DNA of 64,000 bases, taken from an uncultured Collinsella sp. GTDB lineage: Bacteria > Actinomycetota > Coriobacteriia > Coriobacteriales > Coriobacteriaceae. A program made the position numbers and the translations under genes. The stretch lies in contig CABUXL010000001.1 in NCBI GenBank assembly GCA_902495525.1, positions 27,051 to 91,050 of the forward strand, given 5' to 3'. Shown here in pieces: positions 16,738-25,884 of the stretch (position 1 is its first letter; every line of letters starts with the position of its first letter). The notes under the pieces are model-generated. The model saw only the letters and a program-made list of their open reading frames with translations. It did not search any database and had not been told where the DNA came from.

Positions 16738-17955
16738 TTAGTCCTCCTTATCGACTTTCACCGTTGTACCGTCCTTGACCTCATCAGGGGTTACTTCGGA
16801 CCCAACTTGAGACTCATCATCCCAGGACGCAACCAAAATCTCGCAATTGCCGTCCGCAAAAGTACCGAGCTCATAGTCTTCGGTGCGATACACCAGCCCC
16901 TTGGATGTCACATACAAGCATGTTGAACCCTTGATTGAATAGTCTGAAGAATTGCTCCGCATGAGCATAGAGTTGTAATCAGACGGATACTCTCTGCCTA
17001 TTTCCGTAAGATACGGCCAAACTGCCGAACTCATAGAACTGGCAAGATCCTCGGTATCAATGCCAAACATGTCCTGAGGACTAACAGTATCACCCGTATG
17101 CAAATCAAAAATAACACCAGTCACAACCGTGTCGCCATGCGGGCCCCATCCCGTCGAATAGCGCTCGTCACGGATACAGAAATAGTTCTCATCCATGTAC
17201 GTAACCGTCACGTTTCTCGATATGCAGGGAAATTCGCCGTCGGGGTACAACTCAGCATCTGATTGCTCATTATCTGATGCTCGATTCGTTCGTTCCGCGT
17301 CAATTTGAAGGGGCTCGAGAATCGCCTTGTTAATTTTGTCTGCGACGTCGTCTTTGGTGGAGCTCTTAAGTTGCGGATAGGACCATTCCATGTCAGTCCG
17401 CTCGCCCTGATTGAGCATAGGGTCGACCGGAGCAGACACCGTCAATGACTTTGCCTCCAACGTATAGACAACTTCTTCGGCCGCTCTCTCGTCCTTCTTG
17501 GGCCTTTCGGTCGCTTGTTCCTGTTGCACGGATTGCTGCTGGAGATTGGGCTCGATGACGTTCTTGTAGAGCATGAAAGCAGCGTAAGCGATGCCTGCCG
17601 CGGCAATAAATGCGGCGATCATGATGGCAAACTGCGGCACTAGGCGGTTGCCGACCTGACAGCGTCGCATAAAGAAGTTGTACATCTGGGAGTGACCGCT
17701 ACTCGCGGTCTTCGAGACCGGCTCGGGGCTCGGTTCTGCTGTGGACTCGGCATTCGCGGATCCTATCGCAGAGTCCGTTTCGGTATCTGTGGGTTCCATT
17801 ATGACTTCAGTGGACGATGATTCTCGCTCCGACGGCTCGGCCTTGGGCCCTTCCTCGGCCGCAGTCTTGCCCGAGAGCCCGCCCAAAGGCAAGCCGCATT
17901 CGGTACAGAACCGCGCATCATCACCAATCTTGCTGCCACATTTGGGGCAAAACAT
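16738..17955 (-). CDS. Zinc-ribbon / single-TM protein with an RsiV/PdaC-like (DUF3298-type) extracellular domain
   Basis: MFCPKCG...FCTECG, TM helix, YPQL..KINKAI...GPHG...FDLHTG...DMF...YELGTFADG. Confidence 0.82.
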   Translation of the reverse strand: MFCPKCGSKIGDDARFCTECGLPLGGLSGKTAAEEGPKAEPSERESSSTEVIMEPTDTETDSAIGSANAESTAEPSPEPVSKTASSGHSQMYNFFMRRCQVGNRLVPQFAIMIAAFIAAAGIAYAAFMLYKNVIEPNLQQQSVQQEQATERPKKDERAAEEVVYTLEAKSLTVSAPVDPMLNQGERTDMEWSYPQLKSSTKDDVADKINKAILEPLQIDAERTNRASDNEQSDAELYPDGEFPCISRNVTVTYMDENYFCIRDERYSTGWGPHGDTVVTGVIFDLHTGDTVSPQDMFGIDTEDLASSMSSAVWPYLTEIGREYPSDYNSMLMRSNSSDYSIKGSTCLYVTSKGLVYRTEDYELGTFADGNCEILVASWDDESQVGSEVTPDEVKDGTTVKVDKED

Positions 17956-18312
17956 GAACCTTCTTCTCCTATCCCTTTTACTCTCACTGAGTCGCGAGTT
18001 ACTCACATGCCGTTTGTTTCGTAGTTTAACTATTTCTTAAACAAATCGATGGGTCACTTGAACAGCCGCATACCCGCTCAAGCAACTCTATACCGGCTAG
18101 TTATCCTTGCTCATGACATGGGTGTCAGTGTAAGAAAATCGTTGAACAGGGTTGCTACCTCGAAGTTCGAACCGATACTGAACTTGAAGCCATCTTTATT
18201 TACCGAGATGGAGAAATCGCCGCTGATATCCATATCATGCGCGCAGCCAACCACCCCCCCTTCGGTCCCACCTGTCACGTTATCAGGAGCCCGAAATCGA
18301 AGAGATGGTAAA

Positions 18313-18354
18313 AGCCGCTTGGGGCACATGTGGTTCCATATGCCCCAAGCGGCT
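18313..18354 (-). terminator. Terminator hairpin after purN
   Basis: AGCCGCTTGGGGCA...TGCCCCAAGCGGCT followed by a T-run on the minus strand. Confidence 0.7.
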
Positions 18355-18404
18355 ATATCGATTGCTTATGTCACAAAGAAACCAAGGCGACTCTTTTACA
18401 CGAG

Positions 18405-19103
18405 CTAACGCGCCGCATCAACTGCGACCTTGCCGTTCTCCAACACGTGGACGCGACCGTCGGCGAGCATTTGTACGACCTCGGGATACAGCACATGCTC
18501 GATCGCGTGGATATGCTCCTCGAGCGTGTCGACGTCCCAGCCCTCCTCAACAGCCAGCGCACGCTGGGCGATGATGGGGCCGTTGTCGTAGATCTCGTTG
18601 GCAAAATGCACGGTCACGCCAGTCACCTTGACGCCGCGAGCAAACGCATCGTCAATCGCATGGGCACCGGTAAAGCTCGGCAGCAGCGCCGGATGCAGGT
18701 TGACCACGCGATTGGGGAACGCCGCCAGCAGCGGCGTGTGCACCATGCGCATATAGCCGGCCATCACCACGTACTCGCAGCCGCGCTCGAGCAGCTCATG
18801 CGCGATGATCTCGTCAGCCGCGATGGGGTCGGCATAGATATCCTTGGACAGCGTGAGCGTCTGGATGCCCGCACGCTCGGCGCGCTGTAGGCCCTTGGCC
18901 GAAGGACGGCTCGACACCACAAGCTCAATCGAGGCGTTGAGCTTGCCGGCGGCGATAAGGTCGATCAGCGCCTGCAGGTTGGTACCCGAACCGCTGATAA
19001 GCACGCCAATCTTGAGCGGCTCGGCCGTATCGGTGCCGGTCGGACGGGTGTAGGGCACAAAGCCCAGGCCCTCGACAGCAGCCATCTGCTCGCTAGCGCT
19101 CAT
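18405..19103 (-). CDS. purN: Phosphoribosylglycinamide formyltransferase
   Basis: LISGSGTNLQA, NLHPALLPSF, GVTVHF motifs. Start is 19103 or 19085. Confidence 0.96.
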   Translation of the reverse strand: MSASEQMAAVEGLGFVPYTRPTGTDTAEPLKIGVLISGSGTNLQALIDLIAAGKLNASIELVVSSRPSAKGLQRAERAGIQTLTLSKDIYADPIAADEIIAHELLERGCEYVVMAGYMRMVHTPLLAAFPNRVVNLHPALLPSFTGAHAIDDAFARGVKVTGVTVHFANEIYDNGPIIAQRALAVEEGWDVDTLEEHIHAIEHVLYPEVVQMLADGRVHVLENGKVAVDAAR

Positions 19104-20196
19104 CGGAGTACACGACCTTACCGGAACCCTCAACGCACTCGCCCACGCGGAACGGCTTCTCGCCCAGCGCGACCAGGGCCTCGGTCACGGCAGCCTCGTC
19201 CTCGGGGGCAACGATCAGGCACAGGCCGACGCCCATGTTGAAGGTCTTGCATGCCTCGTTGGGCGCGAGCTCGGCCTGACGCGACACGTAGGTGATGACG
19301 GGCGGAACATCCCAGCCCATCTCGGCGCCGCTGCGGGTGACCACGGCATCGACATCGTCGGCGAGCGCGCGGTTGAGGTTCTCGGTGATGCCGCCGCCGG
19401 TGATGTGGGCGATGGCGTGCACGTTGGCGCCGCCGCGCAGCAGCTCCAGAATCGGCTTGACGTAGATGCGCGTAGGGGCCAGCAGGGCGTCGGCCAGCGA
19501 TGCGCCGCCGAGCTCCTCGAGCGGACGGCTCAGCTCCTCGGCCTTAGCGGCGGCCTCGGGCGTGCCCGGCTTGATGCCGTCGACGCCGATGACCTTGCGC
19601 ACGAGCGAGTAGCCGTTGGAATGCACGCCGGTGGAGGACAGGCCCAGGATTACATCGCCGGGGCGAACGTTCGCGGGGTCGAGCATCTTGGGACGATCGA
19701 CAACACCCACGGTAAAGCCGGCGAGGTCGTAGTCGGCCGGAGCCATGACGCCCGGGTGTTCGGCCATCTCGCCGCCCACGAGCGCGCAGCCCGCGAGCTT
19801 GCAGCCGTCGGCCACGCCCTTGATGATCTTTGCCATGTGCTCGGCCTCAATGTGACCGATGGCAACGTAATCCAGGAAGAACAGCGGCTCGGCGCCCGAA
19901 GCCAAAATGTCATTGACGCACATAGCGACCAGGTCCTGGCCCACCGTCTCGTGACGGTCCATGATCTGGGCGAGCACGAGCTTGGTGCCCACGCCGTCGG
20001 TGCCGCTGATCAGGATCGGGTCTTCCATATCCTTGAGCGCGGCGGCCGAGAACAGGCCGCCAAAGCCACCGATGCCGCCGATAACCTCGGGGCGGTTGGT
20101 GTCCTTGACCATCTGCTTAATAGCGTCGACGGCGCGGCCGCCCTCGGCGGTATCGACGCCGGCGTCCTCGTACGTCACATGCTTGCTGTCGCTCAT
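19093..20196 (-). CDS. purM: Phosphoribosylformylglycinamidine cyclo-ligase
   Basis: TYEDAGVD, GGFGG, TDGVGTK, HSNGYSL, HITGGG, TFNMGVG. Confidence 0.97.
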   Translation of the reverse strand: MSDSKHVTYEDAGVDTAEGGRAVDAIKQMVKDTNRPEVIGGIGGFGGLFSAAALKDMEDPILISGTDGVGTKLVLAQIMDRHETVGQDLVAMCVNDILASGAEPLFFLDYVAIGHIEAEHMAKIIKGVADGCKLAGCALVGGEMAEHPGVMAPADYDLAGFTVGVVDRPKMLDPANVRPGDVILGLSSTGVHSNGYSLVRKVIGVDGIKPGTPEAAAKAEELSRPLEELGGASLADALLAPTRIYVKPILELLRGGANVHAIAHITGGGITENLNRALADDVDAVVTRSGAEMGWDVPPVITYVSRQAELAPNEACKTFNMGVGLCLIVAPEDEAAVTEALVALGEKPFRVGECVEGSGKVVYSDER

Positions 20197-20351
20197 CTGA
20201 GCCTTCCTCTCCCACTACCGTGGCGCCGCACGGGCGCCAAACGGTGCTCATAGTTGCGTTCATTTCGGCGCGCGCCATAACAGCGCGCGCCGTCATATCA
20301 ACAAAACAGCAGATAAAACCTGCCAAAAAACCTGTCTCTACATGGCAGGTT

Positions 20352-22022
20352 TTAGGCCTCGCCGTGCTCCTCTTCCCAGCTGCGGTCGTCGTATTTCTCG
20401 ACCACGGCGTCGTCGTCAAAGTGCAGCGGCTTATCCAGATTGCGGGGCTTAAAGCCCTCCATAAACTTGTCGCGGCCAAAGCTCTCGGGAATCGCCACGG
20501 GGTAGCGGCCGGTAAAGCACGCGTCGCAGTAGCCGCCCTTGGGCATGACCTTCAGCAGGCCCTCGACCGAAAGGAAGGCCAACGAATCGGCGCCGATGTA
20601 CTCGCAAATCTCGTCGACCGTCTTGTTGGCGCTGATAAGCTGCGACTGCACGTCGGTATCGATACCGTAGAAGCACGGCCAGATGACCTCGGGCGAGTTG
20701 ATGCGGATATGAATCTCCTTGGCGCCGGCGTTGCGCAGCATCTTGACGAGCTGCACCATGGTGGTGCCGCGCACGATGGAGTCGTCGATGACGACCAGGC
20801 GCTTGCCCTCGATGTTGTCGCGCAGCGGGTTGAGTTTCATACGCACGCCCATGGCACGCAACTCCTGCGTAGGCTCGATAAACGTACGGCCCACGTAGCG
20901 GTTCTTGATAAGGCCCTCGCCAAAGGGAATACCGCTCTCGTGCGAATACCCCTCCGCGGGCGGCAGGCCGGAGTCGGGCACGCCGATGACCAGGTCGGCC
21001 TCGACAGGCTCCTCATGTGCCAGCTGACGACCCATGTCGTAACGGCAGGCATAGACGCTCTTGCCGTTCATGATGGAGTCGGGGCGGGCAAAGTAGACCT
21101 GCTCAAAGATGCAGTTGGCGGGCTCTTCGGCTGCAGGCACGCCCTGCTCGGATACCAGGCCCTCGGCGCTGATGCGCAAGATCTCGCCGGGACGGACGTC
21201 ACGGACGTACTCGGCACCCACGATGTCGAGTGCGCAGGTCTCGGAAGCAACGACCCAGCCGCCGGCGCGCGTGACACGGACGGCGGAGTCGACCGTCGCG
21301 GCGCCGTCCTGCGACGGCAGCTGCGAAACGGCTGCGGCATCGGCCTGGTCCAGACCCTCGTCCACCAGCTTGCCCAGCACGAGCGGGCGAATGCCGTGTG
21401 GATCGCGAAATGCGTAGAGCGCCTGCTCGTTGATGAGCGTCATGGCGTAGCCGCCGCGCACGAGCTCCATGGTCTTGCGAATACCCTCGCGCAGGTGGCC
21501 CGTACGCTGGGTAAAGTAGCCGATAAGCTTGGTCGCGACCTCGGAATCCGAATTGGAGAGGAACGGCACGCCCAGCTCGATCAGCTGACGGCGCAGCTCG
21601 TCGGTGTTGACGAGGGTGCCGTTGTGCGCGAGCGCGATAATGACGCTATTGATGGTAGAGAGGTGCGGCTGAGAGGCTTCCCAGCTCTTGGCGCCGGCAG
21701 TGCCGTAGCGCACATGACCCACGGCCAGCTGGCCGGAGAGCGTCGACAGGTCGGCGTTGGAGAACACGCGGTCGAGCAGGCCCAGATCTTTGCGGACCAT
21801 AACCGTGCCGCCGTCACCCACGGCGATTCCAGCCGATTCCTGGCCACGGTGCTGCAGCGCACGCAGGCCAAAGTACGTCAGTCGAGCCACGTCGCGATCG
21901 GGCGCCCATACGCCGAAAATGCCACATTCCTCATGCAGCTGGTCGGAGTCCGGATCATACGTCGACATGGTGTTCACCTGTCCCGCGGCACGCTCGGCCG
22001 CGCGGATGGTTTCTTGAGACAT
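20352..22022 (-). CDS. purF: Amidophosphoribosyltransferase
   Basis: EECGIFG, QHRGQES, IDDSIVRGTT, PCFYGID. Confidence 0.97.
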   Translation of the reverse strand: MSQETIRAAERAAGQVNTMSTYDPDSDQLHEECGIFGVWAPDRDVARLTYFGLRALQHRGQESAGIAVGDGGTVMVRKDLGLLDRVFSNADLSTLSGQLAVGHVRYGTAGAKSWEASQPHLSTINSVIIALAHNGTLVNTDELRRQLIELGVPFLSNSDSEVATKLIGYFTQRTGHLREGIRKTMELVRGGYAMTLINEQALYAFRDPHGIRPLVLGKLVDEGLDQADAAAVSQLPSQDGAATVDSAVRVTRAGGWVVASETCALDIVGAEYVRDVRPGEILRISAEGLVSEQGVPAAEEPANCIFEQVYFARPDSIMNGKSVYACRYDMGRQLAHEEPVEADLVIGVPDSGLPPAEGYSHESGIPFGEGLIKNRYVGRTFIEPTQELRAMGVRMKLNPLRDNIEGKRLVVIDDSIVRGTTMVQLVKMLRNAGAKEIHIRINSPEVIWPCFYGIDTDVQSQLISANKTVDEICEYIGADSLAFLSVEGLLKVMPKGGYCDACFTGRYPVAIPESFGRDKFMEGFKPRNLDKPLHFDDDAVVEKYDDRSWEEEHGEA

Positions 22023-22317
22023 GGTATCCCCTCAGAGCCTCGTATTTTTGGCGTTACCCGCCTTATTATACGCACGGCGCGACGTGCTCCCCAGCGCATG
22101 AGCAGCGCTTTTTAAAAGCCCACCGAGCTAATAATCAGTTTTGTTGCCAAACATTTTATTGGGCAACCGCCTCGGGGCCGACGATCCCGCATACTTCCGT
22201 TACGACGCGTCTCGCCCGCCGTTGGGGCTTGCATTGTTGCAATTGGGACGTTCGTCCTGTCTTTTGGCAGGTCGGCGGCGTATCCTTGTACCTACAGCAA
22301 AACGAGAAAGGTTATGT

Positions 22318-23547
22318 ATGGATCGAAACGAACTCGACCCCAGCGTCCCCAGCGCCACGGAGGTCAAGAAGATCCCCCTCATCATTAAGGTGTACGCCGT
22401 CCTGTGCATCCTGTCCGGCGTGGGCACGCTCCCTTCGGTCGGCGCCTTTATGTGGCAGGTCATCACCGCGCTCATCAACGGCAACGCCGCCGCCAAGCTC
22501 GGTGACAACACGCTCGTCGCGGTCGGCCTTATCGTCGCCGGCATCATGCTCTCTGCGGCAAGCGCCGTCATCCTGATCATCTTTGGCCTGGACCTTATCA
22601 AAAACCAGCGCCGCAACGCCGCTCGCCTGTCCTATATCCTTATCGCGTTTACCGTCGTCGAGCTTTTGGTTGACGTGATGCTCCAGGGCATCGGGCCCTT
22701 CTTGCTTCGCCCTGCCATCCAGCTCGGCATCCTTGTTGCACTTTCGGCAACCGTCGACCCCACGCTGCGTCAGGAGCGCGAACTGCAGCGCCGCCTGCAG
22801 GAGATGCTCGACCGCGACGCCGCCGCCGAGGGCATGCTCGGCCGCGATGAAACCGGCGAGGGCTACATCAAGCTCAACTACTTCAACCTGTTCTGGGTGT
22901 TCTTTGTCTGCTGCATACTCGGCCTGATCGCCGAGGACATCTGGCACATGACGGTCGACGACCCGGGCGTCTATCAGAACCGCGCCGGCATGCTGTTTGG
23001 CCCCTTCAGCCCCATCTACGGATTTGGCGCCGTGCTCATGACCATGGTGCTTAACCGCTTCTACAAAAAGAACCCCATCATCATTTTCCTGGTGAGCGCC
23101 CTGCTCGGCGCCAGCTTTGAGGTGTTCGTGGGCTGGTTTATGCAGACCGCGTTTGGCGTGGTCTCGTGGAGCTACTCGCACATAACGCTGTTCGGTTTGC
23201 CCGATCCGCTCGTGGTCCTCACGGGCGGACGCACCTGCACGGGCTTCGCCTGCCTGTGGGGCCTGGGCGGCCTCATCTGGATCAAGCTGCTGCTGCCGAG
23301 GCTGCTTAAGCTTATCAACAAGATCCCCTGGAAGAGCCGCTACTCGGCCACCGTCATCTTTACCGTTATCATGCTGGTCGACGGCGTCATGACGCTGCAG
23401 TCGCTCGACTACTGGTACCAGCGCGTTAACGGCACGGAGCCGGACATTCCCGTCGCACAGTTCTACGGAGAGCACTTCGATAACGAGTACATGGAAAACC
23501 GCTTCCAGAGCATGACCATGAGCCCCAAGGATGCGACACGCGTATAG
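22318..23547 (+). CDS. Multi-pass membrane protein, putative ABC transporter permease (CmpB/TMEM229-like)
   Basis: GPFSPIYGFGA, WSYS, GRTC motifs in a hydrophobic protein; GAAAGG RBS. Confidence 0.75.
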   Translation: MDRNELDPSVPSATEVKKIPLIIKVYAVLCILSGVGTLPSVGAFMWQVITALINGNAAAKLGDNTLVAVGLIVAGIMLSAASAVILIIFGLDLIKNQRRNAARLSYILIAFTVVELLVDVMLQGIGPFLLRPAIQLGILVALSATVDPTLRQERELQRRLQEMLDRDAAAEGMLGRDETGEGYIKLNYFNLFWVFFVCCILGLIAEDIWHMTVDDPGVYQNRAGMLFGPFSPIYGFGAVLMTMVLNRFYKKNPIIIFLVSALLGASFEVFVGWFMQTAFGVVSWSYSHITLFGLPDPLVVLTGGRTCTGFACLWGLGGLIWIKLLLPRLLKLINKIPWKSRYSATVIFTVIMLVDGVMTLQSLDYWYQRVNGTEPDIPVAQFYGEHFDNEYMENRFQSMTMSPKDATRV

Positions 23548-23637
23548 CGCTCACCGCGCCCAAAACGCAAAATGCCCGCCGGTATCACACGTACCGGTGG
23601 GCATTTTTATAAACGATCCTTCTATCGACGCAATCCT

Positions 23638-24054
23638 CTATGCCTCGCGCTCGACCTCACTCACGCATTCGTTCTTGATGGTGCCAACGAGCGCCTGCAG
23701 TGCATCGACCACGTGTGGGCGAATGTCCCCGCCGATAAGCACGAGCATGATGTCGTCACCTACGGAAAGCTCGCCGCTTGCCAGCCACACGCGCACATAG
23801 CCGATACCCGGCATCGCGCGCGTGGCCCCGATAGCAGACCGTACCTTTTCGGCGTCGTAGTCAAAGACCATGCCGCCCACCCTGTGGCCTGGTGCCACGC
23901 CATCGGTCTCGACTCCGCGCACCTCGGCCTTGGGCGTCGCACGCACCACACCGTTATGCGTCAGATACATCCCGCAGCCTGCCGCCGAAGCATCGGCCTT
24001 GGCCTCGCGCAGCCAAGCATCAATCGAAGGCATCAATTTGCCACTCTCAAGCAT
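23638..24054 (-). CDS. MoaE-family protein
   Basis: GMYLTHNGVVR...GELSVGDDIM...GDIRP...IK; short MoaE-like fold. Confidence 0.8.
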   Translation of the reverse strand: MLESGKLMPSIDAWLREAKADASAAGCGMYLTHNGVVRATPKAEVRGVETDGVAPGHRVGGMVFDYDAEKVRSAIGATRAMPGIGYVRVWLASGELSVGDDIMLVLIGGDIRPHVVDALQALVGTIKNECVSEVEREA

Positions 24055-24096
24055 CGTTTCTCCCTTACCGTCCCAAATTAGCTACTCTCGGGCAAT

Positions 24097-25095
24097 TTAT
24101 TCATCAACGGGCGTGAGCACCATGACAGCGCGCGTGTTGCTCAGCGACAGTGAACGGCAGGTCACAAGCGTTACAACCTTGGTTGCCGAAGCGGCACGAT
24201 CGGTGGCATCACTCGCCACGGCAGAGGCACCGTCGAGCATCTCGGACAGGTAGTTCTTGAGCCCGTCATCGCCCTCAAAATTGGGCGTGCGCGCCTTGGC
24301 ATACGTGTCCTCGACAACTTTGGTCGCCAGTGGTCGCAGCTTATACGTAGCATCCCGTGTGATGTAATACACAAACTCGATGCTATCGAACGTCGCCTGA
24401 TCAGTGGTGTCCGAAATCACGTTGAACATCGACCCATCGTTCATATGGTGGCCGTAGATCGTGGTCTGCTGGTCGACCATTCCCGGCGCGGTGTCATCGC
24501 TATCCAGGAAAATGGCGCCGGACGCGTTGGACGTGCCATCAAACAACGTGTTGAGGTATTTGGAGTTGTTGTTGGTCTGCACCACGGGATAGTTGATGTT
24601 GGTTCCCGGCACGTAAATCCAACCCACAATCTCGGGATTCGTCTGAGCAAGCGCATCAAAGTTGATAATCGGCACGCCGCTGGCGTCCTTATCGCTTACA
24701 TATTGCTTCTCGATTTTCTGATACGAATCGCTCGCCTGCTTATAGCCAATCTGGGCATTAATAAAGATAGCGGCGGCGGCGACAATCAGGCCGATACCGA
24801 TGATGATGAGCAGGATAGGAATGATGGAGCGGCGCTTCTTACGCGGCAGCTCGGTGCAATCCGACGGCGCGGCATGCGATGAAGACCGGGGCGGCTTCTT
24901 AGCGGAGCTATAAGACGAAGGACGATATGCGGCCGGCGCGTCCTGTCGACGATGCGTCGCCGGTGTCACGGGGCGCGGCGCGCGCGGCTGCTGAGGAGAG
25001 GATGTCCGACCCTGCTGTGCCGCACGGGCAGCACCCGGCTTCGACGGATCGGGAATCTGAGAAGCCTTGAATCGTTTTCCCTGATAATCGGACAT
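24097..25095 (-). CDS. Class B sortase
   Basis: TM anchor, VGWIYVPGTNINYPVVQ, IYGHHMNDGSMF, TLVTC...R. Confidence 0.9.
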   Translation of the reverse strand: MSDYQGKRFKASQIPDPSKPGAARAAQQGRTSSPQQPRAPRPVTPATHRRQDAPAAYRPSSYSSAKKPPRSSSHAAPSDCTELPRKKRRSIIPILLIIIGIGLIVAAAAIFINAQIGYKQASDSYQKIEKQYVSDKDASGVPIINFDALAQTNPEIVGWIYVPGTNINYPVVQTNNNSKYLNTLFDGTSNASGAIFLDSDDTAPGMVDQQTTIYGHHMNDGSMFNVISDTTDQATFDSIEFVYYITRDATYKLRPLATKVVEDTYAKARTPNFEGDDGLKNYLSEMLDGASAVASDATDRAASATKVVTLVTCRSLSLSNTRAVMVLTPVDE

Positions 25096-25130
25096 GGCTC
25101 TCCTTATACTGCGGTGAAACGGCGGAACGC

Positions 25131-25595
25131 TTAGGCGTCAGCCATCTCCTGCTTCATCTTTTCGATAACCTTGCGGTACTCGGGGTCGCAGGCGCCCAGA
25201 ATCTGCGTGGCGTAGATGGCAGCGTTCTTGGCACCGTTAATGGCCACACAGGCAACGGGCACGCCCGAGGGCATCTGCACCATCGACAGCAGCGAGTCCA
25301 TACCACCCAGATCGCTCGTCTTCATAGGCACGCCGATGACCGGCAGCGGCGTAAAGGCCGCCACGACACCGCCCAGGTGAGCAGCCTTGCCGGCAGCAGC
25401 GATAATCACCTTGATGCCGCGGTCAGCAGCAGTCGAGGCCCACTCATGGACCTTCGCCGGCGTACGGTGCGCGCTTGCAATCACGAGCTCATAGGGCACG
25501 CCTAGCGCCTCGAGCTCGGCGGTGCAACCTTCCATAACGCCCAGATCGGACTTGGAGCCCATGATGATCCCGACAACCGGCTTCTGATCTGCCAT
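25131..25595 (-). CDS. purE: N5-carboxyaminoimidazole ribonucleotide mutase
   Basis: IMGSKSD, SAHRTP, AGKAAHLGG, QMPSGVPV. Confidence 0.97.
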   Translation of the reverse strand: MADQKPVVGIIMGSKSDLGVMEGCTAELEALGVPYELVIASAHRTPAKVHEWASTAADRGIKVIIAAAGKAAHLGGVVAAFTPLPVIGVPMKTSDLGGMDSLLSMVQMPSGVPVACVAINGAKNAAIYATQILGACDPEYRKVIEKMKQEMADA

Positions 25596-25688
25596 AAACA
25601 AAGACCTCCTGTTGAGAGCGGTGACGCGGCGAATCCGCGACCCTTAACTACTGAGAGTAGTATAGCTGCTCCCGTCCCTGCGGTCTGT

Positions 25689-25780
25689 GGGTGCTCTGCG
25701 GCGGCCCGGTGTTTTCATCTTCACTCCGGTTGCTGCGCAAAGTCGTTCAGATGAAAACACCGGGCCGCCGCAGAGCACCC
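25689..25780. repeat. Hairpin element, family B, copy 1 (perfect 32-bp stem)
   Basis: GGGTGCTCTGCGGCGGCCCGGTGTTTTCATCT and its exact reverse complement at 25749-25780; the loop is shared with 35673-35762. Confidence 0.85.
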
Positions 25781-25884
25781 TCGACCTACCGGGGATTGCT
25801 ATGACGTACGTTGGCTGAAATAAAAAAGCAATGCCCGCCGTCCTTGGTGGAGCGGCGGGCACGTTTGCTTAGTTATCGCTGGGA

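Noticed and set aside
18040..18300. Short ORFs between the zinc-ribbon array and purN (MDISGDFSISVNKDG...)
   Set aside because: Short, interrupted by stops, no recognisable family; possibly a decayed gene but not supportable.
3444..18300. Prophage or ICE
   Set aside because: No integrase, relaxase, conjugation or phage structural genes are recognisable.
25596..25680. ZTP or purine riboswitch upstream of purE (also checked upstream of purF, purM, purD)
   Set aside because: Only a small hairpin is present; conserved riboswitch motifs were not found.
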